Positions 18,616-29,552 of a DNA stretch of 64,000 nt are shown here, in pieces; the first letter of the stretch is position 1; each line of letters opens with the position of its first letter. A model generated the notes under the pieces. That model was given only the letters and a program-made list of their open reading frames with translations, was not told the DNA's origin and did not search any database. The stretch spans positions 7,296-71,295 of the forward strand of contig CAJQLF010000006.1 of assembly GCA_905479115.1 (NCBI GenBank), written 5' to 3'. This DNA is from an uncultured Flavobacteriales bacterium (GTDB lineage: Bacteria > Bacteroidota > Bacteroidia > Flavobacteriales_D > Sanyastnellaceae). The position numbers were made by a program, and so were the translations under genes.

Positions 18616-19859
18616 TGACGGAATTCAGCGTATTCAGCGCTCATTTCAATACTCACTTTCTTCTTCAATAAACAGCCTTGCAGGCGCTCAGGAATGGTTG
18701 GCTCCTTCCCTATCGCTGAGGTAACGACGTCTCCAAATTTTGCTGGATCGGCAGTAGATAAAACTGCACGTGGCCCATTCACTTTTAACAGCTGCGCCGC
18801 TCGAACTCCAACGGCCGTATGCGGGCATACCTCCCGTTGATGTTCCTCCCACGTATTTCGCATACTTTCCTTTGTCAACTCGTCATCAACGGATATGACA
18901 CGAAACGACTTTTGAAGCTTAGCTATGTCATGACCGCAAAGCCACTCCAGCCTCGGTCTGTTACTGGGATCCCCAACATCCATCGCGTTCGAAATTGTTT
19001 GAATCGAAGGCCTTGGTTCAAAATGCCCCACTTCCATGAACTCCTTCATGCCTTCGTTGGCGTTAACCGCAGCACAAAATGAAAGAGCCGGCATCCCCAT
19101 GTGATTCGCGAGCATACCTGCGGCAATGTTTCCAAAGTTTCCACTTGGAACAATAAAGTTTAACGGCTCTTGTGCCTGTGCAGTTGCCCACGCATAGTAG
19201 ATGCCTTGTGGCATCCAGCGCCCGATGTTGATCGAATTGGCGCTTGTGAGCGGTCGAGCTTTTTGGACTGCCTGATCCAAGAACGCCTCCTTGACCATGG
19301 CTTGACAATCATCAAATGAGCCCTGCACTTCGATGGCCGCGACATTGCCCCCGACCGTGGTTAGTTGCTGCTCTTGAATGTGGCTTATGCGCCCACTTGG
19401 ATACAGGATTACCACGTCAATATTCGGAACTTGATAAAAACCTTGTGCGACTGCTGAACCCGTATCTCCTGAAGTTGCCACCAGGACCGTCAGCCGTTCA
19501 TTGGATGTAGCTCCGAGTAATCGGGACATGATTCGCGCACCAACATCCTTGAAGGCTGCTGTTGGACCATGAAACAATTCCAAATATTGCAGATTCCCCT
19601 CCTTTTCCGTCAGCGGTATATCAAAATCTAACGCATCGTCAATTAATCGCTCTAAATCACTAAATTTCAAATCATTACCAACGAGCGGCTCAAGGAATTT
19701 CGCTCCCATTTCAGGGAGACTCATGCCCTTCATTTCAGACCAATTCAATGCCGGCACGGACTCCGGAACGTAGAGACCCCGATCCGGTGCCAAGCCCTCC
19801 CTGAGCGCCTCTGCGAATGATCGGCGAATGCTATTGTTTGTCAAACTATGATACATCAT
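18591..19859 (-). CDS. thrC: Threonine synthase
   Basis: PLP-lysine motif FHGPTAAFKD plus full-length ThrC similarity. 4-nt overlap with thrB. Confidence 0.93.
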   Translation of the reverse strand: MMYHSLTNNSIRRSFAEALREGLAPDRGLYVPESVPALNWSEMKGMSLPEMGAKFLEPLVGNDLKFSDLERLIDDALDFDIPLTEKEGNLQYLELFHGPTAAFKDVGARIMSRLLGATSNERLTVLVATSGDTGSAVAQGFYQVPNIDVVILYPSGRISHIQEQQLTTVGGNVAAIEVQGSFDDCQAMVKEAFLDQAVQKARPLTSANSINIGRWMPQGIYYAWATAQAQEPLNFIVPSGNFGNIAAGMLANHMGMPALSFCAAVNANEGMKEFMEVGHFEPRPSIQTISNAMDVGDPSNRPRLEWLCGHDIAKLQKSFRVISVDDELTKESMRNTWEEHQREVCPHTAVGVRAAQLLKVNGPRAVLSTADPAKFGDVVTSAIGKEPTIPERLQGCLLKKKVSIEMSAEYAEFRHYLLDGSS

Positions 19860-20779
19860 GGCATCAAGTGCGCCCCTTGGGTCGCAATACGCGTAGAATA
19901 AAGTTTAAAATCCATCGACTTCGAGCGCATGAATAGCTCGATAGCATCCCGGATCGATTGCGCGTCTTCGGTGTTAAGAGAAATCCAAAATGTCGAAGGT
20001 CCACTGCCAGAAATCCCGCCTGCACGGGCTCCGCCCCCCCGAGCTATTTCGCGAATTTCATCAAAGAAAGGAATCAGCTTCGCTCGATGCGGTCCCACCA
20101 TGACATCTTCAAGCCCGAGAGCCGCCCGGCTCCCATCACCTTCATAGCATGCCGACACAAAAGAGGCAAACCAAGCTGCTTGTTGCGCAGCCACATTCAA
20201 ATCAACCTGCGCCGGCAACACGCCTCTGGCATCCGATGTCCGAATTTCAATTTGAGGATGAAGAACCGTAACGTGCCAATCGGTAGGAATAGGAATCGAC
20301 TGAACTTGACCTTCGGGGGTACTTAGGATGATTCCACCTAACAATGCTGGTGCCACATTATCCGCATGACGAGCGCCGCTTGCAAATGCTTCTCCATCCA
20401 GTGCATACGGAATAAGCTCAACAGGACGCAAGCCTGCATTAAGCAACTCGTTCACCCCCACAACAGCTGCTGCTGCACTTGCTGCACTGGATCCAATTCC
20501 ACTGCCCGGTTGAATGGACTTATGAATCTCCAACTCCAAACCGCATGGATTTCCCAGAGATTCGAGCAAGCTCTTTGCAGCAATTGAAGCCACATTGCGG
20601 TCAGCACGAAGGTCGAGGGACGCTCCATGAATTCGGGCGATGCGCACCACACCGTTGTCTTCTGTCCGGCGCACAATCATCTCTTCTCCGGGTGCCTCCA
20701 ATGCACATCCCAAAGCGTCAAAACCCACGTTCAGGTTCGCAATGGTAGCGGGCGACCAAATTTTGACTTGATTCTTCAT
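19856..20779 (-). CDS. thrB: Homoserine kinase
   Basis: GHMP kinase motif PGSGIGSSAASAAAAV. Located between thrA and thrC with 4-nt overlaps. Confidence 0.92.
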   Translation of the reverse strand: MKNQVKIWSPATIANLNVGFDALGCALEAPGEEMIVRRTEDNGVVRIARIHGASLDLRADRNVASIAAKSLLESLGNPCGLELEIHKSIQPGSGIGSSAASAAAAVVGVNELLNAGLRPVELIPYALDGEAFASGARHADNVAPALLGGIILSTPEGQVQSIPIPTDWHVTVLHPQIEIRTSDARGVLPAQVDLNVAAQQAAWFASFVSACYEGDGSRAALGLEDVMVGPHRAKLIPFFDEIREIARGGGARAGGISGSGPSTFWISLNTEDAQSIRDAIELFMRSKSMDFKLYSTRIATQGAHLMP

Positions 20780-23247
20780 GCGATGCCTCGTGTTTTCCCC
20801 GCTCGTTGCCCAGCTAGATCATATAGATCAGAGAGCACGCCGCTTGCCGTTAGCTCCGCTCCCGCGCCGGCTCCTTGTATTACCAATGGATTGCCCTGGT
20901 ACCGGTCACTTTCGATGGACACGGCATTATCCGTTCCGTCCAATCCAAAGAATGGATGATCCGGTTCTAATTCACGCAAGGAACAGACGCATCCTGCTTT
21001 GGCCGACCAAGAAGCTACAAATCGAAGTCGGTTTCCTCGGTTTGCTGCGGCAGCCACTAAATCATCCATTGCAGAGGACCACGATACCATGCCTTTCATG
21101 AAATCTTCTGCAGTTCCCTCCAATGTCTCCTTGGGCAAGAAACCTTCGACAGCGACATCCTGTAATTCCATCTTCGCACCAGAAAGTCGAGCTAGAATGA
21201 GCAACTTTCGCGCAACGTCGGTGCCGCTCAGATCCAAACGGGGATCCGGCTCGGTGTAACCCTCTGATTGAGCGCGTTCAACCATTGTTGAGAAGCTGTT
21301 TCCTTGGTCGCAACCGCTAAAAATAAAATTCAACGACCCACTCAGCACTGCTTCAATGCGATGCATCCGATCGCCTGTCTCGGCCATTCCTTTCAAGGTT
21401 CGAATAATCGGTAAAGCCGCTCCAACATTGGTCTCATTCCTGAACTGGCGCTGACCAATTTCTCCTTTCGTGAGAAAATCCCAATCCTCCATCTTGCCCG
21501 TTGCAGCAATTTTATTTGAACAAATGTAGGCCCAGCCTCGTTCTATTGCGGCCCTTGCTGTGCTCGCAACGTCGAATGATGCAGTATTATCAATCCAAAC
21601 CCGTTCCGAACTAGGAAGAGCGGAAAAGGCATCAAACGCTTCGTTGATGGAGTCCATTTTCGTTCCGTTTTGTATTTCGGAAAGCGCTTCAACCGTCAAG
21701 CCTTGCTTGTTTATTTTGTAGTGCCGACTATTGGCGATTCCGATCAGCCTTATGTCCATCGACAATCTCGTTTCAACTTCGTGCTTTGTATTCAGGAATT
21801 GCCTTACAAACGCAGATCCTACTTGGCCAATCCCTGCACAAAAGACCTGGATCACAGGCCGTTGAGACTGAAAGAACTCACCATGCAAAGCTCGGAGCGC
21901 TCTTGTCACCTCGGAAGAAGCTACTACGATGCTGATGTTTCTCTCGGTGCTCCCTTGCGCAATGGCACGAATGTTCACGCCGGCATCACCCAGCGCCTTG
22001 AAAGCGGCGCCGCTCACTCCGGCCTCGCTCACCATTCCTCCGCCTACCAGAGCGATGATGCTCAATTCCCGGTCCACTTGAATGGGTTCCAAACGCCCTA
22101 ATGCAACATCTGGCATCAAATCCGATTTCAAGGAATCCAGACCTGCCTCTAGGTCACTTTCAGCAATACCAATGGTCAAACTATTTTCGGAGGAGCTTTG
22201 GGTAATAAAGGTGGCATTTACAGACGCCTGGGCTAAAGCGGAGAAAATCCGACTAGCAAAACCCGGACGACCTATCAAAGAACCGCCCTCCATGGTTAAC
22301 AAGGCAATACCATCAAGGCTAGAGAGTCCTCGCACAATGGCCTTCGAAGCAGGGTTAGAAACGATCCGGGTACCCGGTGAATCGGAGTCAAACGTGCTGC
22401 GAACCACCAGTGGAATACCTTTGCCGCGCAAAGGTGCAATGGTTGGATGGTAGATGACCTTGGCACCAAAGTGGCACAATTCCATGGCCTCTTCGTAGCT
22501 CATTTCTTCAATGACCTGAGCGTCCTCCACAATGCGCGGATCCGCGGTCATCATCCCAGTCACATCCGTTGATTTCTCCATGCAAACCGCATTGATTGCG
22601 CTGGCAATCAACGAAGCCGAATAATCGCTTCCCCCTCGGCCCAAAGTCGTCGTTTCCCCTGCTGAATTGCTCCCAATGAACCCTTCGGTTATGAGGATCT
22701 CGAAATCCAAGTTATCCTCTACATCCTGTTTAATGCGGAGTTCAGAAGCTGGCACATCAACTTCCGCAGCTCCAAAGCGATCGTTCGTCGTAATCCAATT
22801 TCGCGCATCGACCCGTCGCATTTTCAGCCCAGACTCGACCAGCCAAGCATGCACCATGGAAACCGCGAATCGTTCGCCGTGAGAAACCAATTGATCCATG
22901 CTCTTGGCACTCAACTCGCTGATCAAACTAATTCCGTCACACAGGGATCTTAATCCTGCAAATCCTTCATTCAACTCCACTACGAGTGCCGAATCTTTTG
23001 AAAATCCCAAGGCGGTCATGGTAGATTGGTGACGATTTTCAAGCTCATCTAGCATGGGCAGAAAAGAACGGTCACCTCGAGATGCGCGTAATCCGATCCG
23101 AATCAATTCGTTCGTAACTCCCCCCATCGCAGAGCACACAACAATGCGCTGCTGATCTCGCCTTGCCAATAAGACGTCTCTCACACGAATCATTGCTTCG
23201 GCCGAAACCAAAGATGACCCCCCAAATTTCAGAACTTCCATGCCCAT
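20776..23247 (-). CDS. thrA: Bifunctional aspartokinase / homoserine dehydrogenase
   Basis: N-terminal VLKFGGSS aspartokinase, ACT-like middle region, and C-terminal homoserine dehydrogenase (VFCAGIGQVGSAF NAD-binding). Confidence 0.93.
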   Translation of the reverse strand: MGMEVLKFGGSSLVSAEAMIRVRDVLLARRDQQRIVVCSAMGGVTNELIRIGLRASRGDRSFLPMLDELENRHQSTMTALGFSKDSALVVELNEGFAGLRSLCDGISLISELSAKSMDQLVSHGERFAVSMVHAWLVESGLKMRRVDARNWITTNDRFGAAEVDVPASELRIKQDVEDNLDFEILITEGFIGSNSAGETTTLGRGGSDYSASLIASAINAVCMEKSTDVTGMMTADPRIVEDAQVIEEMSYEEAMELCHFGAKVIYHPTIAPLRGKGIPLVVRSTFDSDSPGTRIVSNPASKAIVRGLSSLDGIALLTMEGGSLIGRPGFASRIFSALAQASVNATFITQSSSENSLTIGIAESDLEAGLDSLKSDLMPDVALGRLEPIQVDRELSIIALVGGGMVSEAGVSGAAFKALGDAGVNIRAIAQGSTERNISIVVASSEVTRALRALHGEFFQSQRPVIQVFCAGIGQVGSAFVRQFLNTKHEVETRLSMDIRLIGIANSRHYKINKQGLTVEALSEIQNGTKMDSINEAFDAFSALPSSERVWIDNTASFDVASTARAAIERGWAYICSNKIAATGKMEDWDFLTKGEIGQRQFRNETNVGAALPIIRTLKGMAETGDRMHRIEAVLSGSLNFIFSGCDQGNSFSTMVERAQSEGYTEPDPRLDLSGTDVARKLLILARLSGAKMELQDVAVEGFLPKETLEGTAEDFMKGMVSWSSAMDDLVAAAANRGNRLRFVASWSAKAGCVCSLRELEPDHPFFGLDGTDNAVSIESDRYQGNPLVIQGAGAGAELTASGVLSDLYDLAGQRAGKTRGIA

Positions 23248-23349
23248 TTATCTTGAGTACACCTCGATTCCAACTGAGCATTACAGCGCGAAGTGTCCCC
23301 CACTGTTACGGCTTGAACACACAAAAAGTTGCGGAAAACCAGCTAATTC

Positions 23350-24180
23350 TTAGGCTTCTTCGGGCCCGAATTTTCCGATGACTTCTTGGCTCACTCCCGT
23401 ATTCGAGAAACCACCGTCGTGGAACAAGTTTTGCATCGTTACAAAGCGGGTCAGATCACTGAAAAGTGAAACGCAATAATCGGCGCACGCTTGGCCGTCC
23501 GCATTGCCGAGCGGACTCATGGATTCACTGTAGGCGATGAACTCATCAAATCCTTTCACACCGCTGCCGGCTGTCGTGATGGTAGGACTCTGACTAACGG
23601 TATTAATTCGAACCTTCTTTGCTACACCGTAGTGATAACCAAAGCTCCGCGTGATGCTCTCCAACAGGCTCTTCGCATCTGCCATATCTCCATAATCCGG
23701 AAAAATGCGTTGGGCAGCGATATAGGTCAAGGCCACAACGCTACCCCATTCGCTGATCGCGTCCATCTTCTTGGCCACAGCCAACGTCTTATGCAGGCTG
23801 ATTGCGGAAACATCCAAAGTCGTTGAGAGCCAATTGTAGTTGATGTCCGTGTAATGCTTGCCTTTGCGGACGTTAGGACTCATTCCGATGGAATGCAGCA
23901 CAAAATCCACCTGCCCTCCGAAATGTTCCATGGCCTGTTCAAACAAATTGGTTAGATCTTCTACACTCGTCGCGTCCGCTGGAACTACGGGTGCATCACC
24001 GACTTGTTTAGCCAATTCATGGATCTCCCCCATTCTCATGGCCACAGGCGCATTTGTCAATACCAACTCCGCGCCTTGAGAGTGCGCCTGAAGCGCTGTT
24101 TTCCAGGCAATTGACTGGTCATTCAACGCTCCGAATATGATGCCTTTTTTTCCTTTTAAGAGATTCTCTGCCATGGTCAT
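23350..24180 (-). CDS. fabI: Enoyl-[acyl-carrier-protein] reductase (NADH) FabI
   Basis: LKGKKGIIFGALNDQSIAW and the Tyr/Lys region YIAAQRIFPDYGDMADAKSLLE. Confidence 0.9.
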   Translation of the reverse strand: MTMAENLLKGKKGIIFGALNDQSIAWKTALQAHSQGAELVLTNAPVAMRMGEIHELAKQVGDAPVVPADATSVEDLTNLFEQAMEHFGGQVDFVLHSIGMSPNVRKGKHYTDINYNWLSTTLDVSAISLHKTLAVAKKMDAISEWGSVVALTYIAAQRIFPDYGDMADAKSLLESITRSFGYHYGVAKKVRINTVSQSPTITTAGSGVKGFDEFIAYSESMSPLGNADGQACADYCVSLFSDLTRFVTMQNLFHDGGFSNTGVSQEVIGKFGPEEA

Positions 24181-24201
24181 GAATTGAAGGACAAACCTAC
24201 T

Positions 24202-25623
24202 TCAGATTTTTGAATCCACCGAAGGCCAAATCTTCAAAGGGTTCAGTAAATTTTTTGGATCAAAGACCGACTTGATGTTGAGCTGCAATTGGATGCTCTC
24301 TTTGGAAAAAGCCAAATCCATGTAGGGCTTCTGAACCCATCCTATTCCATGTTCCCCGCTCAGCGTTCCTCCTAAAGCCCTTACCACCTTAAAAATTTCA
24401 CGAACCGCAACGGACAATTCTGTTTCCCAAAATTCATCTGTGACGCCGTCTTTCAAAATATTGACATGCAGGTTTCCATCGCCTGCGTGACCATAGCAGA
24501 TACTCTCAAACCCGAATTCAGTTCCAATCCGCTTAACTGCTTCCAAAAGTTCAGGCAACCTCCCCCTTGGAACGACGGTGTCCTCTTCCTTGTATGGACA
24601 TTTCGATTTGACCGCCTCACCCACAATCCGTCGCAATCGCCAGAGCTTCTCTTTCGCTGCATCATCCTCTGCCATGAGGGGATCACCTGAGCCAATTCTA
24701 CTCAAAACAGCATAGATACGCTCTAGTTGCGGCATGAGCGAATCCGGTTCAAACCCGTCGACTTCAATGAGCAAATGTGCTGCAACCTGAGGATCCAATT
24801 CTGTCGCATCCAATCCTTCATGTTCCATGGCCAACGTGATCGCCGAACGCTCCATGAATTCCAATGCGGACGGTTGGGCACCCGCAATGAAAATCTCCGA
24901 GACTGCCCGGCATGCAAGAGACGCACTTGAAAATGGCACCAGCATCAAGGCGTTGTGCCGCGGCCATGGAAGTAATTTTAGTGTGGCTTGGGTGATGTAG
25001 CCCAATGTTCCTTCGCTTCCGACCATCAGAGAAGTCAGGTTATAGCCGGTGCTGTTCTTCAATGTGTTCGCTCCCGTCTCGATCACTGTTCCATCCATCA
25101 AGACGACCTGAAGGTTTAACACCCAATCCTTGGTCACACCGTATTTTACAGCACGCGGGCCCCCGCTGTTCTCCGCTAGGTTTCCCCCAATCGTGCAGCT
25201 TCCGCGTGAAGCAGGGTCCACCGCATAGAAAAGCGACTTCTCTTGGACCGCTTCCTGCAATTCTTGGACAATAACACCGGGTTCCACAATCACTTGATGA
25301 TTGAGTTCATCGATAGCCACAATGCGGTTCATTCGACAAGAGGAAAGTGAAATTCCTCCTTGGACCGGAAGTGCCCCTCCACTTAAACCCGTCATCGCTC
25401 CCGCTGGGGTAACCGGGACATCGTGGGCATGAGCCCACTTCAAGACCTGCTGTACTTCAATCGTTGACTGAGGCTCAACTACCACGTCAGGCATGAACAC
25501 CAAATCCTCTGTGTAATCTGAAGCCATTCGCCTTAAAGCCGCTTCTCCGGTGCTCCAGTGAAGGAACCCGTCAAATTCTTCTTGGAATGATTTTATCCAC
25601 ATTTCTCCCATGTGACCAAACAT
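24202..25623 (-). CDS. FAD-binding oxidoreductase (GlcD / D-lactate dehydrogenase-like)
   Basis: FAD-binding PCMH-type N-terminal half (PAGAMTGLSGGALP) and C-terminal GEHGIGW motif. Confidence 0.85.
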   Translation of the reverse strand: MFGHMGEMWIKSFQEEFDGFLHWSTGEAALRRMASDYTEDLVFMPDVVVEPQSTIEVQQVLKWAHAHDVPVTPAGAMTGLSGGALPVQGGISLSSCRMNRIVAIDELNHQVIVEPGVIVQELQEAVQEKSLFYAVDPASRGSCTIGGNLAENSGGPRAVKYGVTKDWVLNLQVVLMDGTVIETGANTLKNSTGYNLTSLMVGSEGTLGYITQATLKLLPWPRHNALMLVPFSSASLACRAVSEIFIAGAQPSALEFMERSAITLAMEHEGLDATELDPQVAAHLLIEVDGFEPDSLMPQLERIYAVLSRIGSGDPLMAEDDAAKEKLWRLRRIVGEAVKSKCPYKEEDTVVPRGRLPELLEAVKRIGTEFGFESICYGHAGDGNLHVNILKDGVTDEFWETELSVAVREIFKVVRALGGTLSGEHGIGWVQKPYMDLAFSKESIQLQLNIKSVFDPKNLLNPLKIWPSVDSKI

Positions 25624-25702
25624 AATTCATGGCTGCGAAGAATTCATTCGGACCTAGGACTTCTTATCTTTCTCATTCCAAAAGAAATCAACGTAAAACT
25701 CG

Positions 25703-27916
25703 ATGCAGTTTCTAAAGCAACCACTCCATCTGCTCGGACTCTATGTCCTGGCTATCGGCCTGTCTTCAGCGAACGCTCAAGACTTTCCCTTTGAGATTTT
25801 AAGCAACGACCTGATCTGGTACAGCAACGAGTTCCGCGAAGAGCGCGTCGGTGGTATCCGCTCCATGAACGACGGGGACCATTACACAAGCCTGGAGCGA
25901 GACACCAACGGCAGTTCCATTGTCAAATATGAATACCGAACTGGAATCGCCGTGGATACGTTGGCGACGAGTATGTCGGTGTTTGGCAATGCAGCACAAG
26001 GATTTAGCGGCTACTCCTTTTCAGCAGACGAGCGACACATTTTGGTTCATAATGACGTGGAGTCCATTTACCGGCATTCGTTTGCCGCCAATTTCTATGT
26101 CCACGATTTGAGCGATGGAACAACAAAAGAACTAACCAACTTTGATCTCGGACGGCAGCGACTCGCTTCCTTTTCTCCCAACGCCCAGCATGTTGCGTAC
26201 ATGCGAGACAACAATGTCTTTATCGTTGAGATCGCCACGATGCGTGAGACTCAAGTAACATTTGATGGTGAGGTGAATCGCATCATCAACGGCGCCACCG
26301 ATTGGGTGTATGAAGAAGAATTTGGGGATGACAATGGAATGTTTTGGTCTCCGGATGGTCAATTTTTGGCATTCATGCGCTTTGACGAGTCCAACGTTCG
26401 CGAATTTGGAATGCCCATGTACGGTGAGCTCTACCCTGATCCATACGTTTTCAAGTACCCCAAAGCTGGAGAGGCCAATGCGACTGTAGAAGTCAAGGTT
26501 TTCGATGTGAAAACCAATAAAACGGTTCCTGTGATGCATCCAAAAACAGAATACATACCCCGTGTAAAGTGGGGAGCAAACAATGAGCAATTGCTCGTTT
26601 TCACGATGAATCGACATCAGAATATCCTCAGCATTCACATGGGCAACTGCAGCCAAAGTGCGACCCAAATCATCACCCGCAAAATTTGGAGAGAACAATG
26701 CATGACCTACCTCGATATCACAGATGACATCATATTTCTTCCCAATGGCAACTCATTCTTGATGACCAGTAAACGTGATGGATACAATCACATTTATCAA
26801 TTCTCATTGGACGCTGATGAGGACCCCATTCAATTGACTTCCGGTTCATGGGATGTGCTTTCCATGCAAGGGTTTGACAAAAAGAGAACCGAGGTGTATT
26901 ACACATCCTCAGAACAAGGAGCTACACAAACCCATCTCGGAAGAGTTGACTTGAAGGGCCGGGCAGAACTGCTTCATTTAGAAGCCGGAACCCACCGTGC
27001 TGCTTATTCCAATTCATTCAACTACTACATCCATACACACCACACCGCGGATACACCACCGGTCTACACCCTGAGGAACAAAGCGGGAAAGGTCGTTCGA
27101 GAATTGAAGAACAACGCGCCATTGAAAGAAACGATTGGCAAATACAACATGCAGCCCAAGGAGTTCTTCACCTTCACCAACGACGCTGGGACGGAATTGA
27201 ACGCCTGGATGATCAAACCTCCGGGCTTCAGTCCAGAGTTGACCTACCCTGTTTACGTGGCCATTTATGGAGGCCCTGGAGTAAACACCGTTACGGATAG
27301 TTGGGGAGGATCCAATTACTACTGGCATCAATTGCTTGCACAACAAGGCTACATCGTGGCCAGCTGCGATCCACGAGGCACGCCGAAGCGCGGACGTGAA
27401 TTTGAACACAGCACCTACAAGGAATTAGGAAAACTTGAAACCGAAGATTTCATTGACTTTGGTGAACATCTCGGCGGGTTGAAGTATGTGAATTCTGACC
27501 GGATTGGCATCCAAGGATGGTCTTACGGCGGTTTCATGACGTTGCTGTGCATGACCAAAGGTGCCGACGTGTTCAAAGCTGGGATTTCTGTCGCTCCCGT
27601 AACGAATTGGCGGTATTACGACACCATTTATACCGAACGGTTTATGCAGACACCCGCCGAAAACGAAAGCGGATACGATGACAACAGCCCTGTGAATCAT
27701 GCAAAGAAGTTGAAAGGTTCGTTGCTATTGGTGCACGGCTCTGCGGATGACAATGTTCATTTCCAGAACTCCATGGAAATGGTAAATGCGCTCGTGGCAG
27801 TTGGAAAGGACTTTGACTTCTTTGCTTATCCGGACCGCAATCACGGAATCTACGGTGGGAACACCCGCTTGCATCTGTTCGATATGATGCTCGATTTCGT
27901 CCGTGAAAACCTCTAA
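25703..27916 (+). CDS. Dipeptidyl-peptidase IV (S9B prolyl dipeptidyl aminopeptidase), secreted
   Basis: Signal peptide. Catalytic triad motifs GWSYGGFMT (Ser), GSADDNVHF (Asp) and DRNHGI (His). DPP-IV N-terminal beta-propeller region. Confidence 0.92.
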   Translation: MQFLKQPLHLLGLYVLAIGLSSANAQDFPFEILSNDLIWYSNEFREERVGGIRSMNDGDHYTSLERDTNGSSIVKYEYRTGIAVDTLATSMSVFGNAAQGFSGYSFSADERHILVHNDVESIYRHSFAANFYVHDLSDGTTKELTNFDLGRQRLASFSPNAQHVAYMRDNNVFIVEIATMRETQVTFDGEVNRIINGATDWVYEEEFGDDNGMFWSPDGQFLAFMRFDESNVREFGMPMYGELYPDPYVFKYPKAGEANATVEVKVFDVKTNKTVPVMHPKTEYIPRVKWGANNEQLLVFTMNRHQNILSIHMGNCSQSATQIITRKIWREQCMTYLDITDDIIFLPNGNSFLMTSKRDGYNHIYQFSLDADEDPIQLTSGSWDVLSMQGFDKKRTEVYYTSSEQGATQTHLGRVDLKGRAELLHLEAGTHRAAYSNSFNYYIHTHHTADTPPVYTLRNKAGKVVRELKNNAPLKETIGKYNMQPKEFFTFTNDAGTELNAWMIKPPGFSPELTYPVYVAIYGGPGVNTVTDSWGGSNYYWHQLLAQQGYIVASCDPRGTPKRGREFEHSTYKELGKLETEDFIDFGEHLGGLKYVNSDRIGIQGWSYGGFMTLLCMTKGADVFKAGISVAPVTNWRYYDTIYTERFMQTPAENESGYDDNSPVNHAKKLKGSLLLVHGSADDNVHFQNSMEMVNALVAVGKDFDFFAYPDRNHGIYGGNTRLHLFDMMLDFVRENL

Positions 27917-27966
27917 GGCAGAGTTTGTATCATTTGAAGTAGATTACCGCAAAAATTATTACCCCC

Positions 27967-29454
27967 ATGACTGACTCCAATACTTTGAATTCTGGCCATC
28001 CAAAAGGCCTATACACCCTCTTCTTTTCGGAGATGTGGGAAAGGTTCTGCTATTATGGTATGCGCGTTTTGCTCACCTTGTTCTTGGTCAAGTCGCTGAT
28101 GAATGGAGACAAAGAAGCAAGTCTCATTTACGGAGCGTATACCGCACTCATCTATGCGGCACCCGTGCTCGGTGGTCGCATGGCAGATAAATACTTGGGA
28201 TACCGGTACGCTATTCTGCTGGGTGCGGTTATGATGGCCATTGGAGAATTCTTCATGGTCGGTGCTGGAGTCTGGAAAAGCGATACGGTAATGCTGTTCG
28301 GAATGGGTGCGCTGATTGTAGGCAACGGATACTTCAAGGCGAACATCTCCACCATTGTAGGAAAACTATATGAGGACGGAGATCCACGCCGAGACTCAGG
28401 CTTCACCATCTTTTACATTGGCATCAACATTGGCGCATTGCTGGCTACGACAGTGGTAGCGTATGTTGGAGAGACTTATGGTTTTGAATACGGATTTGGC
28501 TTGGCAGGCATCGGCATGTTGGCCGGGCTCCTGATTTTTTGGACGGGCCGCGACAACTATGCTGCAGCACCCGGTCTGGAAATCACCGAAGAAGGCCACA
28601 AAGCAATAGGTCCATTGAAAATGTATCAAGCCATCTCCATCGGTTCACTGGCGCTGATTCCTTTGTGCTATTTTTTGATCTCTCAGAATGACTGGATGAC
28701 CTATCTGTTAACTGGATTGTTCATCCTGGTCGCAGCATCGCTCGTTCGAGCGGGTATCCAAGAAGGAAAAATATGGCGAGATCGAATGATTGCTCTTGTC
28801 ATATTCATGATTATCAACATTGTTTTCTGGGCCTGCTTTGAACAAGCTGGTACGTCATTGACCTTGTTTGCAGACCGCAACGTGAGCCGTGACATTCTCG
28901 GCTGGACCATGCCCGCGTCCATGACGCAGTTCTTCAACCCCGCCTTCATCATCATATTTGGATCCATTTTCTCTGTAATGTGGGTCAAGCTCGACAAAAT
29001 CGGGAAAAACCCAAGCATACCGATGAAGTTTGCCCTTGGTATACTGCAATTGGGGCTGGGATTCTTGATCACGCTTATTGGATTGAAGTTTGCGGATGAC
29101 CAAGCACTGGTTCCATTGCTGACATTGGTGTTCTTATACATGCTCCACACCACCGGCGAATTATTTTTGTCCCCCATTGGTTTGTCGATGGTTACCAAAC
29201 TTTCTCCAAAAAACATGGCGGGCACTGCCATGGGCGGATGGTTTCTCAGCTTCGCTATAGCCAATTACGCTGGTGGCATCATTGCTTCATTGACCGGGGG
29301 CCACGGGGATTCCGGGGAAACGTTAACGGCTGCGGAAGGCCTCGTGAAATACACAGATGTATTCTCCACGATCGGTTTGGTATTGGTCGCGTTTGCTGTC
29401 CTCATTACGCTGTTCAATAAACCCTTGAACAAACTAATGCACGGAGTGCGTTAA
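27967..29454 (+). CDS. POT/PTR2 family di-/tripeptide:proton symporter
   Basis: PTR2 signature FSEMWERFCYYGMR. Multi-TM protein. Confidence 0.92.
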   Translation: MTDSNTLNSGHPKGLYTLFFSEMWERFCYYGMRVLLTLFLVKSLMNGDKEASLIYGAYTALIYAAPVLGGRMADKYLGYRYAILLGAVMMAIGEFFMVGAGVWKSDTVMLFGMGALIVGNGYFKANISTIVGKLYEDGDPRRDSGFTIFYIGINIGALLATTVVAYVGETYGFEYGFGLAGIGMLAGLLIFWTGRDNYAAAPGLEITEEGHKAIGPLKMYQAISIGSLALIPLCYFLISQNDWMTYLLTGLFILVAASLVRAGIQEGKIWRDRMIALVIFMIINIVFWACFEQAGTSLTLFADRNVSRDILGWTMPASMTQFFNPAFIIIFGSIFSVMWVKLDKIGKNPSIPMKFALGILQLGLGFLITLIGLKFADDQALVPLLTLVFLYMLHTTGELFLSPIGLSMVTKLSPKNMAGTAMGGWFLSFAIANYAGGIIASLTGGHGDSGETLTAAEGLVKYTDVFSTIGLVLVAFAVLITLFNKPLNKLMHGVR

Positions 29455-29500
29455 CCGTCCACTGCAACGACAAGATCTTCCTCGTTTCATAACCTTTCAG

Positions 29501-29527
29501 AAAAGCGCCGTCCGGCGCTTTTCTTTT
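29501..29527 (+). terminator. Rho-independent terminator after the POT transporter gene
   Basis: Stem AGCGCC/GGCGCT with a GTCC loop, followed by TTTCTTTT. Confidence 0.7.
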
Positions 29528-29552
29528 GCGATATTGCGAAAAATTCTATGCC

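Noticed and set aside
23248-23349. Threonine-operon leader peptide or attenuator upstream of thrA
   Set aside because: The spacer is only 102 bp. It holds no Thr/Ile-rich mini-ORF, and I could not fold a convincing terminator/antiterminator pair by eye.
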